The notes below the pieces were generated by a model that searched no databases, was not told the DNA's origin, and saw nothing but the letters and a program-made list of their open reading frames with translations. Shown here piece by piece: positions 27,673 to 41,239 of a stretch of 64,000 nt of DNA. The first letter of the stretch is position 1; the number at the start of each line of letters is the position of its first letter. A program made the translations under genes and the position numbers. The DNA is from the human T2T-CHM13v2.0 reference genome, Homo sapiens, in the NCBI RefSeq assembly GCF_009914755.1, contig NC_060925.1; one strand, 5' to 3'.

Positions 27673-28899
27673 ATAAGATTAAGTCTGCCTTGTTCAGGAC
27701 TGTATTCTCAGTGATTTGCCAGTGCTGGATGGTACAGGGGTTCCCAATAAACATGTATTGAATGAATGATTGAATAAATATGTGAATTAATGCAAATAAT
27801 TTGTAAACATCCTAGGCTCATCTTTTGTCATCTCCAGCCTCTTTCTCTGCCTCTCCAGCCATGCTGACGTTGCAAAGCCACCTTGCCCCTGGCCTCTTGA
27901 CTCACATACCTTAGCTACCTAGGATCCTGCCACAGTCTCAAATGACCGTGATAGTAGCTGGCCCTTCCTGTAGCCTGGAGGGCTCTTTTCATGCTATTTC
28001 AAGCTATTATGAGGCCTGGGTCAGATTTGTGTGAACTGGTATGGTGTAAACAATGGAACAGGGAGGAGAAAAAGCAGCTAGGAGTCTGCAACCCCTCTGG
28101 CAGTAGGCAATTCTATTCCCACTTCAGAACAGGAGGCCAGAGTGGATGCTGCAAAAGCCTGGTGACCATCAGGCTCTCTGTGACAGAGCCCAGTAGTTAT
28201 GGTTGTTTTCAGACACTCTGTGGGCTCCACTGATAATCTGTCACCTTCACAGTTCCTTTCCAAGAGGATCAACATTTTACAATAGGAAAACAGTTTTAAC
28301 ACCTGACACAGTGGTGCATCTTAGTGACTGCTTGATTAACATCTCAAGTTATCCATTAAAGAAGATGAAAATCTTTACCTGTTCCCACTGTTCAGCGTTT
28401 CTTGGTCTTACAGGATTTTAGAGAGGAAGCAGCTGAGAACAGAATGGATTGCTCCTTTTCCATTAGAATGCTGGAGAGCATATACTTAAAGATCAGAGCT
28501 AAGAAACCTAAATCTGGCTAGTCACCATTTTGGGGACAAATTCAAATGATAGCACTATCTTTGTTACTCTTTCAAAGTATACAGAGACCTGAAGACCCAG
28601 ATATTGAGGCAAACTCAGGTGGACTCAAGATCTATTCTCTATCAAGTATATCAAGTGAGTTAGAAAGTGAGGAAGTATCTGATGCTGGCAGTGGTTCAAA
28701 AGCACATCTTGCATAACTCAAAGCAAAAAGTGGACAAATATTACATGAGGACTTTTAGTGTATGTTTAAATAAGGGTTTGCCTTGTAATCATCTGAGTTA
28801 TAAGTTAGATGCATGTATTCCTGTTCCTCCTTCTACAAAGGAGAGATTCCATTTGTGGATTTTTTTTCCAATTTCCACCTGTTTTAGGAATATCCCTCC

Positions 28900-29625
28900 T
28901 TCTCCTTATCCATAGCCAAATATCCAGGAGGGTGACTGCGGTCAGTACCTGGTCATTCCATAGAGGCTTTCCTCTGCATTCCCATCACTACTACCTGCAA
29001 CTTGGCCCATTAAATAATCTCCTAACAGCCTCTCTTCCCTCCTGGCTCACAACAGTTTAGTCTGCTCTTCTCCCACAGCCAGAATGACTTTATTACCATC
29101 CTGTTAGGCTCCTTTCGCATCCAGCATAAATTCCACAGTCCTTGTTATGTCCTCCTCCTCTCTGCCCCTTGGGCTCTTCATGAGGTGGTTCCAGGCTACT
29201 GGTCCAACCTCATCTCTGTAATCCTCATCTGCACCAGGTGACTGATGCTCCATTCTAGCCCATTTCCCTACATTAACTGTGCTCCACAGCAGCACCTTTG
29301 CAGAGCCCTCCCCGACCTAGCCCCTGTGCTCACACTCATCCTTATGACTCAGCACAATTGTCCTTCTCTATAAAGCCTTTCTGGCCTCCTGCTATTTCCT
29401 GCATGGTACCCATAGTGGTAGCCATGTACACGAATGTGTTGCATTCACTCAGTCTGTCTAATTCTATTAGACTGTGAGCTCCTTGTAGATGGAGCCTTTA
29501 CTTTTCTTATATTCCAAGTGGTATTCTAAGGTTTCCATGCCTTACTTTCCTTGTATTCTAAGTGGTTGTCGTGCTGTTTGGCATGTAGTCAACAGACAAA
29601 TTGTATTTAATGCAAGAATGAATGG
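28900..29625 (+). mobile_element. L2 relic
   Basis: AATAATCTCCTAAC...; TAGACTGTGAGCTCCTTG...; TGGCATGTAG...GAATGAATG tail. Boundaries approximate. Confidence 0.6.
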
Positions 29626-30242
29626 ATAAATCGCAATTTTATCTTGTTCCTCCTTGGAAATTTATTTGCAACTTGATTATCTTGACACTATATTCTCAAC
29701 TATTACATTCAGAAAGTCAAGGCAACCTGAGAAGATACAGTGCCCAAATCCATTTGTCTTGCCATCAAATCTTAGTGGTATATAATAGAATAGAAAAAAA
29801 CGACTCTTAAAGAGCTTGACCCACTTACTCTCACTCCTTCAGGGTTATTGTTTCCAGAGGTGAGTAGTTAAGTGTGATTTTCTCCTAGCTTGTTTTCTCT
29901 TATGGCCAAACCTTGCTTTAGTTTTTATTTTCTCAATTATTACATATTATCTGTTATCTTTTTTAAAGGGTCAAATGAAATATTCAGAAGGCTTTACTTT
30001 ATAGATGGGTTCCTGTTGAAATGGATCTTATATCTCTAACCATTGTACAGGAGGAATTCATTATTGCCTGATGGCAAACTCATGTCTCTGGACCAAGTGG
30101 GCCAAGCCCTCCCCCTGAGGATGGGTGTAGTGGTTCCATTTAACTGATGGAATCTCTTGTATGCATGACTAATGTGAACATTTCTCTTCTTTCTAGAATC
30201 TCTTCATTCTAACTCTACTTTTTTTCCTGAAGTTCAACATAA

Positions 30243-30378
30243 AACCTTTACCACGAACTCTTGAGCACTTGGTAGATTATAAGTGATGCTTGCGTCCTTG
30301 TCCTCTAGTGAACCTTTACCACAAACTCTCGAGCACTTAGTGGATTATAGCTGATGTTTGTGTCCTTGTCCTCTAGTG
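30243..30378. repeat. 68-bp tandem duplication (2 copies, 60/68 identical)
   Basis: 30243-30310 and 30311-30378 align without gaps and show 8 substitutions. Confidence 0.95.
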
Positions 30379-31970
30379 TGTTCCTCAAGTGTTTGCTTCC
30401 AGTGTGCATCACACTTTTATCATCAGAAAAGACAAACAAAAAATCTTTTAACTCTGTTTTGAACATAGAAGAAAGTAGTTGGATACCTCCTTGGAGGCCC
30501 TTCTTAGCTTTAGAAGGAACTGTCAAGAACTCAATGGTCTTATCTGAAATTTGCTTTGAAATTTAGAGATTGATGTATTTTTACAAAGATGATCCAGTTC
30601 TCTTTTTAAAAACTAATGTTTACTTTTTAATTATTAAAATTTCAATAGGACAGCCTGATGTGGAATGATAGCCAGGTGAACTCACCCTGCTAATGAATGT
30701 CCAGAGGTGGCCCGCAGGGTGAGCAGCACCTGAAAGACCAAGGTCTGTTCCCTCACCCAAGGCTCCCAGAGCCTGTGTGTCATGGCCAAAAGAGACTGTA
30801 AACTGCCAACTGCTCTCAATCTAATGAAGACGGGAACCGGGGTCAAAAATTGGAGCAATTGTTTCCAAAACAGGTGCACACAAAACAGTTTACTGGAGTG
30901 TGGGAAGAACATATTATAATTTCTATTTTATGCTTCAATTTCATCCATTTATATTTTATCTTCAAAAATGTTTTATATGTATGTAGTAATACATGTATAC
31001 CACTTGTGAAACAAATATTGGAGTTTCATAATTTTCTTACTGATGAGTGCACACAGTTTAAATTAGAGAGTGTTGAAAAAATATTCATTTACTTATGTTC
31101 TAATATTAAACCATAGCAGTCTCCATAAAATATTCACTGTCGGATTTATACACTTTTGAACTTTGAAGCTATTTGACTATTTTGACCAATTTTACAAGAG
31201 AAACAATGATTTACATTACCTTATCAGTTTGAAATGCAAACTGTAAGAAAATATAAAGCGCTTAATTCTACAAAGTTAAGTGAAATCATTAATTTGATAA
31301 TCATTGATTTTTGCATTTAACTTTTACCTTATCTCATCAGAAAAATCTTAAGTATGCTTAAAATAATAATGCATAAGCTAAACATACGCAGAGAAAAACT
31401 GCATAAAATATAACAAAATGGCGTGAATTAAAAAGAGTAAAAAAGGAAGGAAAACAAAGGTAGGAAAAACATTAGTAACACTTTGATGGGGATTAGACTC
31501 AACACCATAGTAGTTCACTATTCTAGACACTCAATTAAGTATTAACTGATATGTATATAAAACTAAGTAACACTTTACAATGTAAAATGTAAATGATATA
31601 ATTTATAATTAACTTTTCTGCATTGGCCTATTGGTCATTATAATACTTTCCATTCTATAAGAACCCATGTAATGAATTTTAACTCAGAAATAACTTTCCC
31701 AGGAAATGTTCACTTGTGATGGAATTTAGTTTCCAGAGTACTCAGATCAATTCAAAAAATCTGCATGCAGTTCTTCGGAGAGAGAAAGCAGAGTTCCATC
31801 TTCTAGAATTCCAGCTCCCTGTGTTAGGAAAGCCTTTCCTTCAAAACAAGAAAAGAAGCCGCCAACCCCGAATTGGAACTGGCCTCTTCACATCTGGACC
31901 ACAACATGGGAGGCGGAGGCAACTCTTCCCTTCTCGGTACCCTGAGCAGACGTACCAGTCACAGTAATTA

Positions 31971-32279
<309 letters not shown>

Positions 32280-32720
32280 CTAGGGAGGGGCTCATGAAGG
32301 GGCCTCATGAGTAACCCCTCTCCTGAGGATTGTTATTTTCAAGTACCAGCTCTGGAATCAGATAGTCTAGATTCAAGGGTGGCCATTTCTGAGCTGTGGG
32401 CCTTTACCAGGTTAATGCAGCTCTTAAAGACTTGATTTTCTGTCATAACAATGGGATAACAGTAGAATAAGATAAAAACTATTTCTTATATATAATAAGG
32501 GATTAATCAATGATCACTAGTATGTACTAGTAGGAATTATGGCACCATGGAAATTATGAAACCAAGAAACTCTACATTAAAAAACAAGTTTTATTTTATA
32601 AAAACAGAAGAGAATACCTTATCTTCCTGGTGAAATTGTGGGGAGCAGAGAGATGTTTGCTTGTAGCTAATACCCTCCATTAAGGATCTGCCAAACCTCC
32701 TGATTATCCAAACACTCAGC

Positions 32721-32722
<2 letters not shown>

Positions 32723-32752
<30 letters not shown>
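32723..32752. repeat. T30 homopolymer
   Basis: Visible directly. Confidence 0.97.
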
Positions 32753-32757
<5 letters not shown>

Positions 32758-33136
32758 CTGCCCTTTGGCCAGCTGTTAGCACCTGCTGCAGAGGGTGGGA
32801 AGAAAAAGAAATGAGGTAATTGAGTTCTTGCTAATGGCTGTGACAGAAGATTTAGAGCCTTCAGTGGTTCCTACAGTCAAGTGGCAGGGATCCTAGAGCA
32901 CACTGCTGCTCTCAGAATGGATCTGGCTTGTTCTGGAGTTTTTGAGATTGACAGAGCTCAAAGTTCCCAGGCTCCAGAGCTCAGGTGCTGGGGAGGATTT
33001 CCCATCACTTCTGAGATTTGGGGAGCTCCAAGGCCCCTCCTCTTGACCCTCAGTGGAGCTCAAAAGAAAATCGTCTTGACCTCAGAGACAGCATTTTGGG
33101 GTGAAGATACTCCAATATACTTGTTTCTTTCTTTCT

Positions 33137-33901
33137 TTCTTTTTTTTTTTTTATTATACTTTAAGTTCTAGGGTACGTGTGCACAACTTGCAGGTTTGTT
33201 ACATATGTATACCAGTGCCATGTTGGTGTGCTGCACCCATTAACTCGTCATTTACATTAGGTATATCTCCTAATGCTATCCCTCCCCTCTCCCCCCACCC
33301 CATGACAGGCCCCGGTGTGTGATGTTCCCCTTCCTGTGTCCAAGTGTTCTCATTGTTCAATTCCCACCCATGAGTGAGAACATACCATGTTTGGTTTTTC
33401 GTCTTTGCGATAGTTTGCTGAGAATGATGGTTTCCAGCTTCATCCATGTGCCTACAAAGGACATGAGCTCATCCTTTTTTATGGCTGCATAGTATTCCAT
33501 AGTGTATATGTGCCACATTTTCTTAATCCAGTCTACCATTGATGGACGTTTGGGTTGGTCCCAAGTCTTTGCTATTGTGAATAGTGCTGCAATAAACATA
33601 CGTGTGCATGTGTCTTTATAGCAGCAAGATTTATAATCCTTTGGGTATATACCCAGTAATGAGATGGCTGGGTCAAATGGTATTTCTAGTTCTAGATCCC
33701 TGAGGAATTGCCACACTGTCTTCCACAATGGTTGAACTAGTTTACAGTCCCACCAACAGTGTAAAAGTGTTCCTATTTCTCCATACCTTCTCCAGCACCT
33801 GTTGTTTCCTGACTTTTTAATGATCGCCATTCTAACTGGTATGAGATGGTATCTCATTGTGGTTTTGATTTGCATTTCTCTGATGGCCACTGATCATGAT
33901 G
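33137..33901 (-). mobile_element. 5'-truncated L1PA4/5-like
   Basis: ORF2 C-terminus (ORF 33357-33890) plus 3'UTR; TSD ACTTGTTTCTTTCTTTCT at 33119-33136 and 33902-33919. Confidence 0.93.
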
Positions 33902-36562
33902 ACTTGTTTCTTTCTTTCTGGTGTTTTCCTTGGAGAAAGCAAAAATATTGCCCTAGAGAATGGCATGGACAGAAAAGAAGAAGAAGGAAGATTAGAAGTG
34001 AAGCCCTGTGGGCTTGTCTGGTGAGGGCCCTCTTCCCAGGACTTAGCTGCATGGGAAGAATCTGGGTAGCACTACAAGGATGGAATCCATGGGGTCTTAG
34101 TTGCCTGTCATCATTTTCTTTGCCATTGATAATTCAACACTTAATCAAATGCGGTGGTGTTTTTGAAAGATAGCCTGAAGAAAAAGATGACCATGACTTT
34201 CACTAATAGAATAGAAAATAGACAGGAGATTGATTATCACTTAAAAGAAAAGGGTTCATTAAACAGGTTCCACTGTGGTTTGCGCAATTCAACCCAAAGT
34301 TTCTCTGCTGTAAAGCAATGATAAGATCACTCTGCCCACTGAGATCAATTGAGAAATCAACCAATATTTAAGAAGGTCTGAGACTTGGCAAGGTGCCCAG
34401 TGACTGAGAAAAGAGGGTTCCTCTTTCTTTAAGTTGGCAGAAAGACATTCAGCTGTGATTTTTACGTGGCCTGAGCTAAGGAAGAGACTGAGCTAAGGAA
34501 GGCAGTGTCTTGTGTAGGTTATATCCATGGTGCTCTATGAGCCTGTGCACCCATTATCCCCAGATATGTCAATGTGCTTCACAGTGTGCACATTTCATGG
34601 CACCTGTTACAGTTTTAAAAAGACAGTTTAATTAATTAATGGTGAATGTTCGATCTTAGATGGTTTTTTTAAACTCAAGATAAACCATTATAGCTTGAGT
34701 GTTTTTGATGCATTTGGCTAGGAGTTAGGAAATCTTAAAGAAAAATTAATTGCTGTATCAATGGAAACCCCAGTAGGTAGATAACAAATTTGTCATTAAT
34801 TAAATGAGAAGACTTTTTAATGATTCGAGGAAGCGTCGTCAAGATTGTATGATAGTTTAATTTGCTAACATGGTATGAACCTGTTAGCTTCAGACACATG
34901 ATTAATAAAAGTAAAACCCCTCATGGAATTTCTCAGATGCTCAGTTCTAGCATGCAGTCATTTTTGAGACTTGCTCAATGTCCTTATCTCACTTTACTGA
35001 CAGTTCTGCAGCAGCCGTGGCAAATGTAGGTTAGACAAAATATTACATGCAACATTTTCTATGATTCATTTTGCTCCTTTTTCCCTCTTCCCCTTCCTCT
35101 CCAGCCACCCTGAGTCATACAACAGCTGTGAGAACATTAGTTACAAGGGAGCGAGCTGCAGACACTTTAGGTGCTGGGCTGTATCCCATTATATCTGGAT
35201 GCTGACACCAGGATGGGTTCTAAATCCCTTATCACAACTGCCTCAGGCGGAAAACATTTTTTTTTCCTTCTGTTGCTGCTGATGTAAAGATGAAGTTTCT
35301 CGAGCTGAGAGAATTTTATGTGATCGTATTGTATGCTAAGCCTCAGAAGATAATTCTGTAGCTCCCATTCATCACAAAAGCAGGGACTTTCAGTTGTGCT
35401 TCTTTAAGAAAAAAATTCCCCAGTAGAAATCATACAATGATTTAGCGGACTAAGAAAAAGAAGAGAATCACCAACAGGATGACTTGTGACAATTACACGA
35501 AGTCATTTGACTGAGTTATTTCCTTTATTATTCTGTAAATGGGAAAATAACGAACATGCTGGTTATCAGCTGTGGTTTTGCAATGGAGGCGTTCCACCAG
35601 TGCAGAGCGGTAATTACGCTGCCCGGTCTCACTTTGCAAATGAACTGAAGCCTGTCTCTTTTAATTGACTGTCTGTCTCTAGAATTTTCTTGATTTATTG
35701 CTGCTCAGTAGAATTTACTTTTGTTTTGTTGATGGCATTTGTCAACTCTAGTAGTTACCAAATGGAAATTGTTCTAGAGGGTTGCTTTGGCATAAGTGTG
35801 CTCATTTGTGTGGCTTATTGGAGCATGAAGGAGAGATGTGCTTCTGTAAGATGTCTTGCCCTTCTGCCTGCCAGAGGGGCAGGGGCTCACCTGGAGTATG
35901 TTTCATCTGGTTCCTTAGATCTGTAAGTGACTATGAAGCCTTTCAACTGGAAGAGTTTAGTCAAGTGTAACTGTATGATTTCGGAATGAATATGGCCCCA
36001 TCTTTGTTTCCCAGGTGGTGAGTGTTTAGGGCATTATATAGCAGCTGTGATGATGAGAGCTTGGCTTCTCATCTCCAGCTATGTTAGTCTACCTAGGAAG
36101 AAGGATTCTTCTCTAAGAAGAATTCAGTGGGACAATATCCAGAGATACAAATCTCAAGAGACAGACTCCTGAAAACAAATTGACTGCTCATTTGGCTTCA
36201 GATTCCATGCATAAATCTCCAGCTCTGACTGTTAATCACAGCCACTAGACCTCACGACATAGGATTTTAGAGGCAGATAAAGAAAATGGCAGTTGATGTC
36301 TTAGCCTGTTGCTATGCCAGTCTATGATGAACTAGCACTACCTGAACTCAAGAGTAAGAAACAAATGAAACTGGTTATAAGGTTTAGGAAAAAGCAAATA
36401 AGCTGTTACTGAGAGTGGTGACCATATGGTACCTATAGGGTACACGGGCCCTCTGTGAAACCCGTAATATTGGGCTGCGTCTCCTCTTTCCTCTACAACC
36501 TGACCCCATCGCCTCATTTGATGGATTCCAGTCAATTGTAATTTTGAGAATTGTAAGACTAG

Positions 36563-36885
<323 letters not shown>

Positions 36886-38358
36886 GCCAATGTCTTGTTC
36901 TTTAAAGGAAGAATAAATACACATTTAGAAGATGGCTACAACCTCATGCAAAGGTCTCGAAGCAGCAAGTTGAGGGACAGGGCTTACTGGTCCAAGAGTA
37001 ACTTCAGGCAGGGAAGCCTTTTCCCATGTCCTTCAAATTGACCACATCACTTGGATCATGAATGCTGTTGATCTGGTTTCAAAACATAAGAACAAGCATC
37101 TTCGACAATGCGGTTGATAAACATCATCAACAACAACCCACCGAAGCATCAGTTGTTTTGTCTTGTCCGTGGCAGTCCTGCATTCAGATCTGTATTCACT
37201 GTGTGATCACATGCATTTTTCCTAGGCCTATAATAGGTTTCCCTCCGCATGCCCAAACAGTGGAGCTAGCATTTTTTTAAATTTACAAACAAAGATTGTA
37301 AAATTCTAATTGGGAGTGGGACATCCTTTTTAAATAAATAGTCGTATTAATAGTAATAGCAAGGAGACCATCTAGATAGTACTCTATTTTCAGGGCTCAA
37401 AAGTGAAAAGCTAGAAAAGCCAGCTGTTTAAGCATTGGCAGGCAAGTTATGATACGGAGTACCCTCCTCACACCCACTCCAAACTAATGTGTCATCTTTC
37501 TCTGAAGAGCTGTGGCTGTTTTTGTGGTTCTGAGTTGACGGGGATTTTTTTTTTTCTTAAAGAGGTACATGTTTATGTTTGCAACATGGTATTTCTTGCA
37601 GCCATACTCCTCAAGTCACCATCTCCAAAGCTCACACACTAAACAGGGTCAAGTGAGTCAAAGCAGCAGGAGAGAACCATGATTGGGGTGTCTGGGACTA
37701 GAATGGGGAGGGCAGCATGTGCGGGTGCGGGGCTGGCCTTCCCGTGGTCTCAAGAGTGGGAGGTGTGAGTCTCTCCCTGGATGTTTAGCTCAGCATCACC
37801 TCAGAGTTTGAGCTTGACTGAAAACAACAACAATAACAAATATGCCGAAATATGATATCATTTAAAATAAACCCAACAACCTTTAAAAATTAACATTATT
37901 CCTTAATCGGACCATTTTACTGGTCTTTTTTTCTTAAGTCAGGAAAATAAATGCAAGCCTATGTGCAGGTCCTCAAAAAATGTGAAAATAAGCCTAGTAA
38001 AAATCTGGCAAGAGATGTGGTTTCATCAGCCACCTCATAAGCAGATCTTTTCACATAGATTTTAAGAGAGAAAGTTGGTTTATCTGCACTTTAGTGGATG
38101 CTTCCGTTTGCTTAACTTCCGTAATAAGAATCCCTAGAAAAACCTGGAGATAATTAGCAGAAGGGCGGAAGCATGAATTTAAATTCTTATACCCACACTT
38201 AATTTTGTCAACTTTATGATTTGCTAACCAGTGCTTTTTCTGCCAGTTTCTTTAAGTCTAGCTTAGTATTATAATAAAAGGAATCAATAATACCAATCTA
38301 TATAGTAATTTTCTTCAAGAAATTCAAAATCCTATGGAGGAATTTAAGAAATATTTTA

Positions 38359-38685
38359 GGCCGGGTGTGGTGGCTCACGCCTGTAATCCCAGCACTTTGG
38401 GAGGCTGAGGCTGGCAGATCACGAGGTCAAGAGATCAAGACCATCCTGGCTAACATGGTGAAACCCCGTCTCCACTAAAAATACAAAAAATTAGCTGGGC
38501 GTGGTGGCACATGCCTGTAGTCCCAGCTACTCGGGAGGCTGAGACAGGAGGATTGCTTGAACCTGGGAGGCAAGGTTGCAGTGAGCTGAGATCGCACCAC
38601 TGCACTCCAGGCCTAGCAACAGAGAGAGACTCAATTTCAAAAGACAACAAAACAACAATAACAACAACAACAACAACAAAAAACA
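38359..38685 (+). mobile_element. AluSc-like element with (AAC)n tail
   Basis: GATCACGAGGTCAAGAGATC diagnostics; TSD AAGAAATATTTTA / AAGAAATGTTTTA. Confidence 0.93.
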
Positions 38686-38698
38686 AAGAAATGTTTTA

Positions 38699-39525
38699 AT
38701 ATGAGAAAACATTTTGCAAAAGAAGACATACACATGGACAACAGGTATATGAAAAAGGGCTCAACTTACTAATCATCAGAGAAATGCACATTAAAAGCAC
38801 AATGAGATATCATTGTACCCCAGTCAGAATGGCTATTATCTAAAAGACAAAAAATAACAGATTTTGATGAAGATGTATTGTAGAGAAAAGAAGACCCTTA
38901 TACACTGCCGGTGGAAATTTAAATTAGTACAACCTCTGTGGAAAACAGTATGGGGATTTCTCAAAGAACTAAAAATAGAACCTCCATTTGATCCAGCAAT
39001 CCCACTACTGGAAATCTACCCAAAGGAAAAGAAATCAATGTATCAAAAGCCTGCACTTGTATGTTTATCACAGCACTATTTCCAACAGCAAAGATATGGA
39101 ATCAGTGGGTGATTGGATAAAGAGAATTTGGCATATATACACAATGAAATACATAAAATGCATAAAATACAAATGCATAAAAAGAATGAAAGAATGAGAT
39201 CTTGTCATTTGCAGCAACATGGATAGAATTGGAAGTCATTATCCGAAGTGAAACAAGCCAGACACAGAACATCAAATATCGTGTGTTCTCACTCCTAAGT
39301 GGGTGTTAAAAAATGTGTTCACATGGACGTAGAGAGAGGAATGATAGACGATGGAGATTTGGAAAGGTGAGAGAGTGAGAGGGGGTGGATGATGAAAAAT
39401 TACTTATGGGTACAATGTACATAATTTGGGTGATGGGTACCCTAGAGCCCTGACTTAACCACTAGGCAATCTATGCATGTAACAAAATTGCCCTTGTACC
39501 GCATACATTTATTCAAATAGAAAAT
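38699..39525 (+). mobile_element. 5'-truncated L1PB4/L1MA-like 3' end
   Basis: ORF2 end ([10 protein letters not shown]...PFDPAIPLL) and 3'UTR GGGTACAATGTACA...CATGTAACAAAATTGCCCTTGTACC. Confidence 0.85.
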
Positions 39526-40748
39526 GAAATATTTTAGCCTATGCTCATTAGTTTACTTATGAAGCATCTACATGGCTCACTGCACTTTCTTCCTAAGTTC
39601 TCTGACTTCTGAGGCAGGAGGTGAGGCCAGGCAGCGGGCAACTGTGCTTCCCTTTCTCACCAGGACAGGTGCCAGGAGCAAGGGACCTAACTATTTTGGT
39701 GCAAAGTGTTCATTAATGGGTCTGTGAATCCCATCTCCAGCTCCAGCATGACTCCAGGGCCTAACATTAACTTGAGAACAGTATACAGGAAAAGGGATGT
39801 TTTTGAAAATGCTGATTATTTCATAGCCTCTGGGTGTCAGCCGTGAATCTCACTTTAAGCCCCGCTAGGGATCCTGTTGCCACCACTGAGCAGAAAATGC
39901 AGTGCTTCTGTGAAGGAATGGGGCACAGAACAGTCACCGCTAATGTGTTCCTGAAAAAGCCGGGGTGACCTTTCTTGTGGCTGCTTCAGAGGATGATGTC
40001 ACTTTGGGACAGAAAAAGGAAGATCTCTTTCCAGTTCACATAGGATAATAAGAGTTCTGATTCTTAGTTGCATGTTGAAGAACAAACAAGGAGCATAGAC
40101 ACTCATCCTGGGGAAAAAGACTATGGAATCTTTGGAAGCTGAGAGGCCAGCCACTTACTTTCCTGGGATAGAGCTTTTATAACCCCCGTATTGGGCTTAA
40201 CTCCATACCTTTGACGCTAAAGTTGTTCACTCTCTGGGGAAACCATCAAAACAATCAAACAGAAACAAGAGCTTTTAAAAATGGAATATTTAATACTTAT
40301 GGCACAAATACCTTTTAGAGGATTGCAATGATCATGGTAGAGAGACTGATTCAGACATTTTTCAAATGTTTGTTGGAAATGTCTGAAAATGACAGGCAGT
40401 GATAGTATCAATAACTAACCTTCATCAAGATATCTGTGCATCGGATAATCTGCTATATACTTTAAAGAGATTATGTGCTGTATGCCTCCCAACAACCCAA
40501 TGAGGGGTGAGCGCTATTATTAACAAGAATATGTAAGGCAACTGGGACTCAGAGAGATTCAGCACCTTGCCAAAGGTCCAACAGGAGTTCCTTTAGCAAG
40601 ACTTAAAAAAATGATTACTGTGGAAATTTCCAAACATATACAAAACTAGAGAAATTATAATGAGCCCCATGTATGCACCTTATAAATTCAACAAATTTCA
40701 ATACGTGGCCAAACTAGTTTCAGCTATCCTCCCACCTGCTTTCCTACC

Positions 40749-41239
40749 TTATTAGTTTTCTTTTGCTGCTGTAACAAATTGTCACAAACTTCATGACTTG
40801 AAACAACACAAAGCTATTCTCTTCTAGTTGTGGAAACCAGAAATCCATAATCAAGTCCACTGGATAAAGTCAAGGTGTCCACAGGGCTGGTTCTCTCTGA
40901 AGGCTCCAGGGGAGAATCCATTTGCTTGCCTTTTTCATCTCCTAGTGGCCACCTGCACTCCTTGGCTTGTGGCCCCTTCCTCCATCTTCAAAGTGCCTCA
41001 CTCCAGTCTCTGCTTCTTCATTGCATCACTGTCTCCTTTGACACTGATTCTCACTCTTCTGCTTCCCTCTTATAAGAACCTTGTGATTACATCAGATCCA
41101 CCAGATAATCCAGGATCATCTCCATCTCAAGATCTTTAATTTACTCACATCTGCAAAATACTCTTTGGCATGTAAGATAAAATTCATAGGTTCCCGGGAT
41201 TAGAACATGGACATATCTGGGGAGCCATGAATCTACCAC
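40749..41239 (-). mobile_element. MLT1D-like MaLR solo LTR
   Basis: TTGCTGCTGTAACAAATT...GAAGGCTCCAGGGGAGAATCC...GGATTAGAACATGGACATATCT...CTACCAC. Confidence 0.85.

Noticed and set aside
30855-31080. Possible old hAT-type MITE
   Set aside because: Suggestive but I could not define TIRs or a TSD, or name the family.
34471-34501. CTGAGCTAAGGAAG direct repeat (similar micro-duplications occur inside the AluJ at 15486-15514 and 15613-15628)
   Set aside because: Ordinary replication-slippage duplications with no sign of function.
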